Shown: piece after piece, positions 34,089-42,927 of the stretch
Numbering within the stretch: the stretch's first letter is position 1
How the letters are laid out: each line of letters opens with the position of its first letter
NCBI GenBank assembly: GCA_963829055.1
Contig: CAWHHI010000012.1
Coordinates: 192,001 to 256,000, forward strand
Length of the DNA stretch: 64,000 nt
Source of the DNA: an uncultured Gemmatimonadaceae bacterium
GTDB taxonomy: Bacteria; Gemmatimonadota; Gemmatimonadetes; Gemmatimonadales; Gemmatimonadaceae
Direction of reading: 5' to 3'
Program-made: the position numbers and the translations under genes
Notes under the pieces: model-generated
The model's input: the letters and a program-made list of their open reading frames with translations, nothing else
Told to the model about the DNA's origin: nothing
Database searches by the model: none

Positions 34089-35726
34089 GTGGCCCTCCCA
34101 GCGCTCTCTCGATCGTCCGAAACTTCCACACGATCTCCGCGAGCCGAGCAGGACGCGCGGCTCGCAGCAATCGACATCGGCTCGAATTCCATCCGGCAGA
34201 TCGTTGCCGATGTGTCGCCGACCGGCTCCATCCGCGTCGTCGACGAGATGAAGGCCGCGCCGCGACTCGGTGCCGGCCTCCGCGAGACGGGGCTCCTCAG
34301 TGAGACGTCGATGCGTAAGGCGCTCGAGGCGCTGACGCGCATGGCGACGCTCGCTCGGCAATTGGGCGCGACGCGTATCGAGGCCGTCGCGACCAGTGCC
34401 GTGCGCGACGCCGCCAATGGGCTCACGTTCCTCGAGCTCGTTCGCTCCGAGACCGGGCTCAAGGTGAAGGTGCTTCGTGGCGAGGAGGAAGCACGCCTCT
34501 CGTTCCGGAGCGCGCTCGCCCACTTCGAGATGGGCGTCGGACGCGCGGTCGTCATGGACATCGGCGGTGGCTCGTTGGAGCTCGCCCTGAGCGCCGATGG
34601 ACTGCTCGAGCGCCTGATCTCACTCCCATTCGGGGCGATTCGCCTGACGGAGGAGTTCCTGGCGCCTGGCACGCGGCGCAAGGGAGTACGAAAGCTGCGC
34701 GCCGCGATCCGCGACGATATCCGGAGGACGCTGCCCGTCCGTGATTGGCGCGGCGCACAGGTCATCGGCTCTGGTGGGACATTCACGAACCTCGCCGGCA
34801 TCTACCTCAACCGGCAAGGCGTGCAGACCGCGCGCACCACCCACGGGACGCGGCTGCCTCGCGTGGAGCTCGAGCACATTCTCGACATGCTGCAGGACAT
34901 GTCGCCGGAGCAGCGCACCGCGGTCCCCGGCCTGAACCCGGGCCGCGCGGACATCATCGTCGCGGGATTCGCCGTTGCGGCGGAAGTCCTCGCTCGGCTC
35001 GAGTCGCGCGAGGTGATCGTATCCGCCTACGGCATCCGCGAGGGGCTGCTGCTCGAGACCGCGCGCGTCGTGCCCACGTTCTCCGACCGCGGCGAAGCGC
35101 GCGAGCGCTCGGTCCGGGAGTTCGCCGAGCGTTGCCACTACGAAGAACCGCACGCGCGACACGTCCAGCGATTGTCGCTGCAACTGTTCGACGCCATCGG
35201 ACCGCGCATCGGCCTGACGGCAGTTGACCGACAGATCCTCGCCGACGCGGCGTTGCTCCACGACGTCGGCTACCACATCAACTACGAGAAGCATCACAAG
35301 CACTCGTACCACCTGATCATCCACGCCGACATGTTAGGCATGTCGCCGGAGGAACAGGTCGCGATCGCAAACGTGGCGCGCTACCACCGCGGCGCGGCGC
35401 CGAAGCGAAAGCATCCGAACTTCGGCATGCTCGATCGTGGATTGCGCCGGCGCATTCGCAAGCTCGCGGCGCTTCTTCGCGTCGCGGATGGATTCGACCG
35501 GGGTCACATCGGGGCTGTCGATCGCGTGAAGGTGCGCTGGCTCGATCGCGCGCTGCGCATCACACCGAGCGCCAATCGACGAGCGCAGTCACTGCGTCTC
35601 GATCTCTGGGGCGCGAGCCGCAAGGCAGAACTGCTCGCGAGGATCGTGCAGATCCCCGTCGAGATCGTGGCGCCCGACGGCACGGTGATCTCGCAAGAGC
35701 AGACGGACGAGCAGGCCGCCGACTGA
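34089..35726 (+). CDS. ppx: Ppx/GppA exopolyphosphatase with HD domain
   Basis: AAIDIGSNS, ATSAVRDA, GEEEA, DIGGGSLE, RADII, GIREG, LLHDVG, VADGFD. Confidence 0.92.
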   Translation: MALPALSRSSETSTRSPRAEQDARLAAIDIGSNSIRQIVADVSPTGSIRVVDEMKAAPRLGAGLRETGLLSETSMRKALEALTRMATLARQLGATRIEAVATSAVRDAANGLTFLELVRSETGLKVKVLRGEEEARLSFRSALAHFEMGVGRAVVMDIGGGSLELALSADGLLERLISLPFGAIRLTEEFLAPGTRRKGVRKLRAAIRDDIRRTLPVRDWRGAQVIGSGGTFTNLAGIYLNRQGVQTARTTHGTRLPRVELEHILDMLQDMSPEQRTAVPGLNPGRADIIVAGFAVAAEVLARLESREVIVSAYGIREGLLLETARVVPTFSDRGEARERSVREFAERCHYEEPHARHVQRLSLQLFDAIGPRIGLTAVDRQILADAALLHDVGYHINYEKHHKHSYHLIIHADMLGMSPEEQVAIANVARYHRGAAPKRKHPNFGMLDRGLRRRIRKLAALLRVADGFDRGHIGAVDRVKVRWLDRALRITPSANRRAQSLRLDLWGASRKAELLARIVQIPVEIVAPDGTVISQEQTDEQAAD

Positions 35727-35777
35727 GTTTTCGCCGCGCCTAACGTCGTGCGGCTCGATCGGCGTCGTTGAGCAGCG

Positions 35778-37931
35778 TCAGGCGCTGTTAGGCACCCGCT
35801 CGGTTCGTTGGACCGTCTCGGGCGTGCGCGATGCGGCGCGCTCAGGTACCTCGAGCCCCCATGGGTCTCGCAGGAGCACGCGATGCGTTCCCCGCTCCAC
35901 GCCGTCGCCAGGTGTGCGCTGCTCGTAACCGCCGTCAGGCCTGAGCTCCCACGCCTGACGGTTGTCGGCAAGACACGTTTCCAGCACGCCGCGCAGACGC
36001 GGGTGCAGTGCCTTGTCGACCACGGGCGCCACCGCTTCCACCCGGCGATCGAGGTTGCGCGGCATCCAGTCCGCTGAGCCGATGAAGTACTCGTCATCGC
36101 CGCTGTTGGCGAAGTAGAACACGCGCGAATGCTCGAGAAAACGACCGACGATGCTGATCACGCGAATGCGTTCGCTCACATCGGGCACACCGGGACGCAG
36201 GCAGCAGATGCCGCGAACGATGAGGTCGATCTCCACTCCCGCCTGCGACGCCTCGTACAGCGCCGCGATGATTCCCGGATCGACGAGTGCGTTCATCTTG
36301 GCGATGATTCGCGCCGGTCGCCCGTCGCGCGCCGCATTCGCTTCGTTGCCGATCAGTTCCAGAAAGCGATCGCGCATGTTGCCAGGCGCGATCAGCAGCT
36401 TGCGATACACCCGTTGCCGCGAGAAGCCCGTCAACGAGTTGAAGAGGTCACTCAGGTCGGCGCCGATCGACGGACTCGCCGTGAACAGACCGATGTCCGT
36501 GTACGTCCGCGCCGTCTTCGTGTTGTAGTTGCCAGTACCGATGTGGACGTAGCGGCGAATGCCATCCGCCTCGCGGCGAACGACCAGCGCGACCTTCGAG
36601 TGCGTCTTGAGCCCAGGGAGCCCGTAGGCGACGTGCACGCCGAAGTTTTCCAGGGTCCGCGCCCACGTGATGTTGTTCGCCTCGTCGAAGCGCGCTTGCA
36701 GCTCGACGAGTACCGCGACCTGCTTGCCGCGTTGCGCAGCCTCCGTGAGCGCGCGCACGATCGCCGTGTCGCCGGACGTGCGGTACAGCGTGAGCTTGAT
36801 CGCGAGCACGTGGTCGTCACGCGCTGCCGCCTCGAGAAACTGCTCCACCGTCGCGGCGAAGGACTCGAATGGATGGTGCACGAGCAGGTCATGTTCGCGA
36901 ATCACATCGAAGATCGATCGCGTCGTGTCTCGCACGGCGAGCGGCACCGTCGGCACGAGCATCGGGTCGCGGAGCTCCGGAATGTCGAGCATCGCGATCG
37001 CCATGAGGTCGCCCAGCTCCAGCAACGGGCCACCGTCATAGACATCGCGTTCCGCGAGCACGATCCCGGGCAACGCTTCGCTCTCGCGCAGCTCCTCGAG
37101 GATGAGCGCGCGTATGTGTGCCGGCATTCCGTCCTGCACTTCGAGCCGCACCACTTCGCCGAACCGACGCTGGAACACCTGCTCCTCGATCATCGCCAGC
37201 AGGTCCTCCGGCTCGTCGACAGTCTTGTCCAGCTCGAGGTCCGAGTAGCGCGTGACCTTGAACGCCCACCAACCGAGGACCTGCATGCCGGGGAACAACG
37301 ACCCGAGGTTCGCGCCGATGACCTCCTCGAGTGATACGAACTGATTCCCGCGGCCGAACGGCACCCAGCGCGGAAGACTCTTCGGCACCTTCACACGCGC
37401 GAAGTGGTCGACGCCTCGATCCGGATCGCGGATCTCGACCGCGAGCGACAACGAGAGATTCGAGACGTATGGGAACGGATGCCCCGGGTCGACCGCGAGG
37501 GGCGTGAGCACCGGAAACACCTCGGACTCGAAGAACACGTCGACGGTATTCCACTCGCTCGACGTTAGGTCGTTCATGTGCACGAGTCGGATGCCCTTCT
37601 CATCCAGCGCTGGCAACACGCGTTGATGGAGGCACTCGTGCGCGCGCGCGAGAAGCTCGCGAACCCGGCGCTCGATCGCGTCCAGCTGCGCCTGCGCGCT
37701 CAATCCGTCTGCGGGAACCGCCGTCACCCCAGCCGCGACCTGTCGTCGCAGACCGGCAACGCGCACCATGTAGAACTCGTCGAGATTCGTGCTGAAGATC
37801 GAAAGGAACTTCAGCCGCTCCAGCAGCGGGTTGCGCTCGTCGAACGCCTCGTGGAGTACGCGCGCATTGAACTCGAGCCAACTGAGCTCGCGGTTGAAGA
37901 ACAGCGCTGGTGGAAGGGAATCGTGAGGCAT
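35778..37931 (-). CDS. ppk1: Polyphosphate kinase 1
   Basis: FNRELSWLEFNARVL, NLDEFYMVRVAGL, HPFPYVSN, LVHHPFESF, ARFDE, KTHSK, GTGNYN, GRFLEHSR, SADWMPRNLDRRVE. Confidence 0.97.
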   Translation of the reverse strand: MPHDSLPPALFFNRELSWLEFNARVLHEAFDERNPLLERLKFLSIFSTNLDEFYMVRVAGLRRQVAAGVTAVPADGLSAQAQLDAIERRVRELLARAHECLHQRVLPALDEKGIRLVHMNDLTSSEWNTVDVFFESEVFPVLTPLAVDPGHPFPYVSNLSLSLAVEIRDPDRGVDHFARVKVPKSLPRWVPFGRGNQFVSLEEVIGANLGSLFPGMQVLGWWAFKVTRYSDLELDKTVDEPEDLLAMIEEQVFQRRFGEVVRLEVQDGMPAHIRALILEELRESEALPGIVLAERDVYDGGPLLELGDLMAIAMLDIPELRDPMLVPTVPLAVRDTTRSIFDVIREHDLLVHHPFESFAATVEQFLEAAARDDHVLAIKLTLYRTSGDTAIVRALTEAAQRGKQVAVLVELQARFDEANNITWARTLENFGVHVAYGLPGLKTHSKVALVVRREADGIRRYVHIGTGNYNTKTARTYTDIGLFTASPSIGADLSDLFNSLTGFSRQRVYRKLLIAPGNMRDRFLELIGNEANAARDGRPARIIAKMNALVDPGIIAALYEASQAGVEIDLIVRGICCLRPGVPDVSERIRVISIVGRFLEHSRVFYFANSGDDEYFIGSADWMPRNLDRRVEAVAPVVDKALHPRLRGVLETCLADNRQAWELRPDGGYEQRTPGDGVERGTHRVLLRDPWGLEVPERAASRTPETVQRTERVPNSA

Positions 37932-37986
37932 ACCGAGGGGCGAAATGAGCTTCGAAACACCTGCGAACACGTATGCGGTCAGCCCG

Positions 37987-38013
37987 AAAAAAACGCCCGG
38001 CATGTGCGGGCGC
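37987..38013 (-). terminator. Probable intrinsic terminator after pit
   Basis: Minus strand reads cgcccgcacatgccgggcg then TTTTTTT. Confidence 0.55.
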
Positions 38014-38062
38014 GGGTGTTCATCTCAACCGACCGCGAATCGGCCCACGCGCCACGAAGCTG

Positions 38063-39106
38063 TCACAGCCGGATAAAATGCGAGAGCACAAAATACGACA
38101 ACGCAGCGATGAGCGCCGCAGCGGGGATCGTCATGATCCATGCCCAGACGATGCGACCCGCGACGCCCCAGCGAACGGCGGACAGCCCGTTCGTCGCGCC
38201 AACCCCGACGATAGCCCCCGTAATGGTGTGCGTGGTGCTGACCGGAATTCCGAGTTTCGTCGCCACGAGAATGGCGAACGCGCCGCCCGTCTCCGCGCAG
38301 AAGCCACCAACCGGTCGCAGCTTCGTGATCCGGTTGCCCATCGTGTGCACGATTCGCCAGCCGCCCAGGAGTGTGCCCAGCGCGATACAGCTGTACGCGC
38401 CGATCTCCACCCAGTACGGCACCGCACCCTCCGGGTTAGGCAGGTAGAAGAGGCCCAGCAATCCGGTCTGGCCGCGAAACAATTCCTGCGTGTGCGACGC
38501 GCCGAGCAGCCCGACGATGATGCCCATCGTCTTCTGCGCGTCGTTGGCGCCGTGCGAGAACGAGAAGAGGCCCGAGCTCACGAGCTGCGCCACACGGAAC
38601 ACTCTGTCCACACGCGCCGGCGCCGCGCGCTGAAAGATCCAGTACACCGCGACCATCAGCACGAAGCCCGCAGCAAGCCCGATCAGCGGCGACAGGGCGA
38701 TGAACTCGAGCGTCTTGATCCACTTGTCGCCCCACAGAATCGCGCTCCACCCGGCCTTCGTCACCGCCGCGCCAGCGTAGCCGCCGATCAGTGCGTGCGA
38801 GGAGCTCGACGGAAGTCCGTACGCCCAGGTGATGAGGTTCCACGCGATCGCACCGAGTAGCGCCGCGAGAATGACGGTCGGGTCGACGATCGCCTGATCG
38901 ATCATCCCGCTCTGCACCGTCTTGGCGACCGCGGTGCCAACGACGAACGCCGCCGAGAAGTTGAAGAACGCGGCCCAGACGACGGCGGCGAACGGATTCA
39001 GCACGCGCGTCCCGACGATTGTGGCGATCGAGTTCGCCGAATCGTGAAAGCCGTTGATGAAGTCGAACGCGAACCCGATCAGGACGATGACGACGACGTA
39101 CGCCAT
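38063..39106 (-). CDS. pit: PiT-family inorganic phosphate transporter
   Basis: NGFHDSANSIAT, GLPSSSSHALIGG, HGANDAQK, GIPVSTTH. Confidence 0.95.
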   Translation of the reverse strand: MAYVVVIVLIGFAFDFINGFHDSANSIATIVGTRVLNPFAAVVWAAFFNFSAAFVVGTAVAKTVQSGMIDQAIVDPTVILAALLGAIAWNLITWAYGLPSSSSHALIGGYAGAAVTKAGWSAILWGDKWIKTLEFIALSPLIGLAAGFVLMVAVYWIFQRAAPARVDRVFRVAQLVSSGLFSFSHGANDAQKTMGIIVGLLGASHTQELFRGQTGLLGLFYLPNPEGAVPYWVEIGAYSCIALGTLLGGWRIVHTMGNRITKLRPVGGFCAETGGAFAILVATKLGIPVSTTHTITGAIVGVGATNGLSAVRWGVAGRIVWAWIMTIPAAALIAALSYFVLSHFIRL

Positions 39107-39111
39107 CGGAC

Positions 39112-39723
39112 TCACGAATTCTTGAGCGAGATACTCTCCAGCACGTGGCCGACGCCCTGACACTGATCCAGCGTTTCCTCGAGCGTGTCGTACATCTCCT
39201 TCCACTTCACGACCTCGAGCGCGTCCGGCGTGCCGCGGAACAGCTCACCGACGGCATCCTGATAGATCGCGTCGCCTTCCTCTTCCAGCTTCTTGATCTC
39301 GCGACTCTTCTCGGCGACGACAGCCGGCTGCTTGATCGCGGCGACCGCTGCCTGGATGTGGTCGGCGGCCCGTGAGATCGTTTCCGAAAGCTTCTGCGCC
39401 GGCTTCCGTGATTCCGTGATGTGGAACATCGCGACGCGACGTGCGGTGCCATCGATCAGGTCGATGACATCGTCGAGCTCCGTTGCCAGCAGATGGATGT
39501 CTTCACGATCGATCGGTGTGACGAAGCTTCGATCGATCCGCGCCCGCACGTCGTTCGTGAGGACGTCAGCCTCGTGCTCGACCGTCTTGATCGCGGCGAC
39601 GTACTGATCGAGGCGATCGGGCTCGTTGAGCAGGCAATTGAGCAGCCGCGCTGCTTCCTTCAGGCGCTTGGCGAGTTCGTTGAACAGAACGAAAAAGCCT
39701 TCGTCGCGTGGAATGAGACGCAC
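39112..39723 (-). CDS. DUF47 (PhoU-like) Pit accessory protein
   Basis: LIPRDEGFF, EHEAD, FVTPIDREDI, LDDVID, LEEEGD, KWKEMY; upstream of pit. Confidence 0.92.
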   Translation of the reverse strand: MRLIPRDEGFFVLFNELAKRLKEAARLLNCLLNEPDRLDQYVAAIKTVEHEADVLTNDVRARIDRSFVTPIDREDIHLLATELDDVIDLIDGTARRVAMFHITESRKPAQKLSETISRAADHIQAAVAAIKQPAVVAEKSREIKKLEEEGDAIYQDAVGELFRGTPDALEVVKWKEMYDTLEETLDQCQGVGHVLESISLKNS

Positions 39724-39873
39724 GGGGTTTCGTCGGAGGTGGCCGAGGCCACGCGGCGTCCTCGGCTTCGCCGTGGCGCGGGCTTCGTGACGTGATCGCG
39801 ACAAAGATAGCCACCCCGTGTTCGGGCGCGCCAGCAGTGACGCGGTCTCATCACTGGAGGGATCAGGCGTCGA

Positions 39874-40149
39874 TCAGAAGGCAACGCCCCGAGCAATGCC
39901 TGCGGCTTTCTGGGGATTCCGCTGCGCGGGCGGTCGCGCGGTATGACACAGCCGTTCGAGCCCGGGCCAGTCCATCATGGCCCAGTCATCCGGGTAAGAA
40001 GCGAGGGATCGCGTCGCGTCACGCGAAAAAAAATACAGCCAGCTGTCAGCATCCTCGCCAGAAAGCTGCTTTGGAGCGACGTCGCCGGTCAGCTCGTACA
40101 CTTGCCAGTTCACCCCGTCGGAGTCGATGAACTTTCTAGTGACGGTCAC
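39874..40149 (-). CDS. Small Trp-rich hypothetical protein
   Basis: RKFIDSDGVNWQVYE...WLYF...RSL..YPDDW...LERLC; preceded by a GGAGG-type RBS. Confidence 0.65.
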   Translation of the reverse strand: MTVTRKFIDSDGVNWQVYELTGDVAPKQLSGEDADSWLYFFSRDATRSLASYPDDWAMMDWPGLERLCHTARPPAQRNPQKAAGIARGVAF

Positions 40150-40321
40150 TGCGCTCCTCCTCGAAGGTCCAAGCGACCTAATGCACTCACCGTGCCCACC
40201 AGTGGTGAATCTTCCCGACCGCGGGTGATCGATGCAATGCGCGCGAAGGTGCCGTCAGCGATCGTTACAGCCACTGTTACGAAACCGAGACACCGCGCCG
40301 CTTGACGCGGTGAGTTCGCGA

Positions 40322-41272
40322 TCAGTACGCGGAGCCGCTGCCCGTCTTCGCGTCGGCCGTCGCGCACGCCCCTGACGCACACCGTTCGGTGTGCATCTGC
40401 GGTGACGCGAGGAGCTCACGCATGGGGAGCGGCCCGCGCCCGAGGCATTGCGCCATCGCCACACCACTCGACGTCCCGATGCGTGTGGCGCCGTTCGCTA
40501 TCATGCGCAACGCCGTTGCACAGTCACGAACGCCGCCCGACGCCTTGACGCCTAACGCGTCACCCACCACGAGTCGCATGAGCGCCACCGCCTCGGCGGT
40601 CGCCCCGCCGGCAGCGTGGAAACCCGTGCTCGTCTTCACATAGTTCGCCCCCACCTCGCGGGCGAGCGCGCTGGCTTTGATGATCTCCACGGGCGTGAGG
40701 TGCGCGGACTCGATGATCACCTTGACGAGCACTCCACCAGCCGCACGCACAACGGCGGCAATGTCATCGGCGACGTGGTTCCAGTCACCACTCTTGATGT
40801 GGCCGACCGTGGCTACCATGTCGATTTCCGTGGCGCCTTGGCGGATGGCCAGCGATGCCTCCGCAGCCTTGATCTCGGACTGGTTCGCGCCTAACGGGAA
40901 ACCGACCACGGTCGCGAGCGCGACGCGGCTGCCCTTGAGCCGCTCGGCGCAGCGCGGTACCCACACCGGGTTGACGCACACGGCCGCGAACTCGTACTCC
41001 ATCGCCTCGGCGCAGAGTTGGTCGATCTCCGCCAGCGTCGTCTCCGCCTTGAGCATCGTGTGATCGATGAACTCGGCGATCCGCGCATTGTCGCGGACGT
41101 AACGCACACCCGGGGACGCAGTCGCAACGGCGGAAGGGGCCGGCGCGGAGACCGCGTGCGGCAGCGCGAACGAAGGTGCCGACTCGCGACGGACGGCCAC
41201 CTCATCCGCTCGCGCCAACTCTCGCGCAACCTTCGCCGCCAGCGCATCGAGATCGATGCCGCGCTGGCTCAT
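40322..41272 (-). CDS. deoC: Deoxyribose-phosphate aldolase with about 65-aa N-terminal extension (putative encapsulation peptide)
   Basis: IDHTMLK, AAVCVNP, TVVGFPLGA, GATEIDMV, KVIIE, YVKTSTGF, GVKASGGVR, GATRIGTS. Confidence 0.94.
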   Translation of the reverse strand: MSQRGIDLDALAAKVARELARADEVAVRRESAPSFALPHAVSAPAPSAVATASPGVRYVRDNARIAEFIDHTMLKAETTLAEIDQLCAEAMEYEFAAVCVNPVWVPRCAERLKGSRVALATVVGFPLGANQSEIKAAEASLAIRQGATEIDMVATVGHIKSGDWNHVADDIAAVVRAAGGVLVKVIIESAHLTPVEIIKASALAREVGANYVKTSTGFHAAGGATAEAVALMRLVVGDALGVKASGGVRDCATALRMIANGATRIGTSSGVAMAQCLGRGPLPMRELLASPQMHTERCASGACATADAKTGSGSAY

Positions 41273-41556
41273 CCCTGCCCCGCGTTCCGGTCGATGTGAA
41301 CCTGGTCGACGACGCCGACCACGACCGCCTGGACTGGAATCTTCGTGTCCTTGAACAGCGCTCGCGCGGCGTTGCCCTCCTGAACGATCAGGACCTTCTC
41401 GCCGACCCCAACGCCAATCACGTCGAGCGCGATCACGTCCCCTCCCTCCTCGCGATCATCGAGATCGAGACGCCTCACGAGCAGCAGTTTCTTTTGACCG
41501 AGATGCTCGTGACGATGCGTGGACACCACGTCACCGATGACGCGCGCGAGGTACAC
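41269..41556 (-). CDS. Microcompartment vertex protein (EutN/CcmL, BMC-P)
   Basis: (M)YLARVIGDVVSTHRH..L.QKKLLLV...IALDVIGVGVGEKVLIVQEGNAAR...PVQAVVVGVVD. Confidence 0.92.
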   Translation of the reverse strand: MYLARVIGDVVSTHRHEHLGQKKLLLVRRLDLDDREEGGDVIALDVIGVGVGEKVLIVQEGNAARALFKDTKIPVQAVVVGVVDQVHIDRNAGQG

Positions 41557-41558
41557 TG

Positions 41559-41903
41559 TCAGCCGTCTCTGTTGGTGTTGCCCGGACGGGGCGGCCGCGG
41601 AGCGTCCTCGATGTCTTCGGCGCACAAGCGGCGGCCACCGGCGACGTTCACCCAGTCGACCTTGCCGACGATGCCGGCGTCGACGGCGGCGAACGAATTC
41701 TCGAGCGTCAGCGCTGCCTCACGCGACGTGATGAAGTAGACGATCTCGTCGGGCCCCACACCGACGCGGTCGACAGCGACGATCGGCCTGCCAACAGCGA
41801 CTCCGTTGGTCGCGATCGGCTGAATCCATTGCAGCGGGACCGACGTCAACGTGTCCTGCTTGACCGTCGCGACGACGCGACCCACGACCTTGGCGAGTTG
41901 CAC
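41559..41903 (-). CDS. Microcompartment vertex protein (EutN/CcmL, BMC-P)
   Basis: MQLAKVVGRVVATVKQ...IVAVDRVGVGPDEIVYFITSREAA...VDAGIVGKVD. Confidence 0.92.
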   Translation of the reverse strand: MQLAKVVGRVVATVKQDTLTSVPLQWIQPIATNGVAVGRPIVAVDRVGVGPDEIVYFITSREAALTLENSFAAVDAGIVGKVDWVNVAGGRRLCAEDIEDAPRPPRPGNTNRDG

Positions 41904-41934
41904 GCCGCAAAGATACGCCTGTTGCGATCTGGCT

Positions 41935-42708
41935 CTAGGGGGTCCAGACCCCGCGGGCGTCGGAGACGAGCGTTCGGCGCGTCACGAGATCCTTGTTCTC
42001 GAAGAGCTTGATCAGGACAGCGCCGGCTACGAATCCGCCCACGTGTGCCCATACGGCCACGCCGCCGGAGATTTCAGGGCTCACCGGATTGAGCTGCGGG
42101 AGCGCCGTCAGCAGCTGCATCCCGAACCACCAGAGCAGCGCGACCCACGCCGGCAGTGGAATGAACTTGAAGAAGATGATGAAGAAGAAAAAGTATTTCA
42201 CGCGAACGCGCGGATAGAGCACGAGGTAGGCTCCGAGGATCCCTGAGATCGCTCCCGATGCGCCGACAGTCGGCACGGGTGAGGTGGGATCCACGAGTAC
42301 GTGCGTGCCGGCGGCGGCGAGGCCGCAGACGATGTAGAACACGAGAAAACGGAACCGCCCCATGCTGTCTTCGACGTTGTTGCCGAAGACCCAGAAGTAG
42401 ACCGCGTTTCCGAGCAGGTGCCCCCAGCTCGCATGCAGGAACATGGAGATCAGCGGCGTGAACACATTGATCTGGTTGTTGTCGATCGTGCACGCCAATC
42501 CCAAACCGATCGGGACCGCAAAGCCGATAGGCCTGCCATGCGTCAGCTCAGCCGGAACGAGGCCGTAGTCGCATACCGACACCGCGAGCCGATACGCATC
42601 GAGCCCAGCGCCCTGAAACAGGACCCACATTGCCACCGTCACGGCCAGCAGCGCGTAGGTGACGACGGGTGTGCGAATGGTCGGGTTTTCGTCGCTGATC
42701 GGAATCAT
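41935..42708 (-). CDS. Rhomboid intramembrane serine protease
   Basis: MIPISDENP, SMFLHASWGHLLGN, FGNNVED, GASGAISG, AVWAHVGGF. Confidence 0.93.
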   Translation of the reverse strand: MIPISDENPTIRTPVVTYALLAVTVAMWVLFQGAGLDAYRLAVSVCDYGLVPAELTHGRPIGFAVPIGLGLACTIDNNQINVFTPLISMFLHASWGHLLGNAVYFWVFGNNVEDSMGRFRFLVFYIVCGLAAAGTHVLVDPTSPVPTVGASGAISGILGAYLVLYPRVRVKYFFFFIIFFKFIPLPAWVALLWWFGMQLLTALPQLNPVSPEISGGVAVWAHVGGFVAGAVLIKLFENKDLVTRRTLVSDARGVWTP

Positions 42709-42927
42709 CGCGAGGTCATAGGCGAAGGAACGACGATATGAGCCGAGCCTGGCGTACCGGGTGTCATGGAAGACTGCCAACGACGGGCGGCATCCACTTG
42801 GTATCGCGCACAATGCTGCCAAAGTGACGCGCCTTTCGGGCCCTGACCTTGCTCATTGACCCACCCACGAGCGGGCACACCACGTCGCGCCGCTCGAAAT
42901 GGGTTTTTCATTCCGTGCGAGGGCGCA

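Noticed and set aside
42750..42825. CIRCE or sigma-54 site upstream of dnaK
   Set aside because: Two TGCCAA half-like sites exist, but the left arms and spacing do not fit the 9-9-9 CIRCE or GG-N10-GC patterns.
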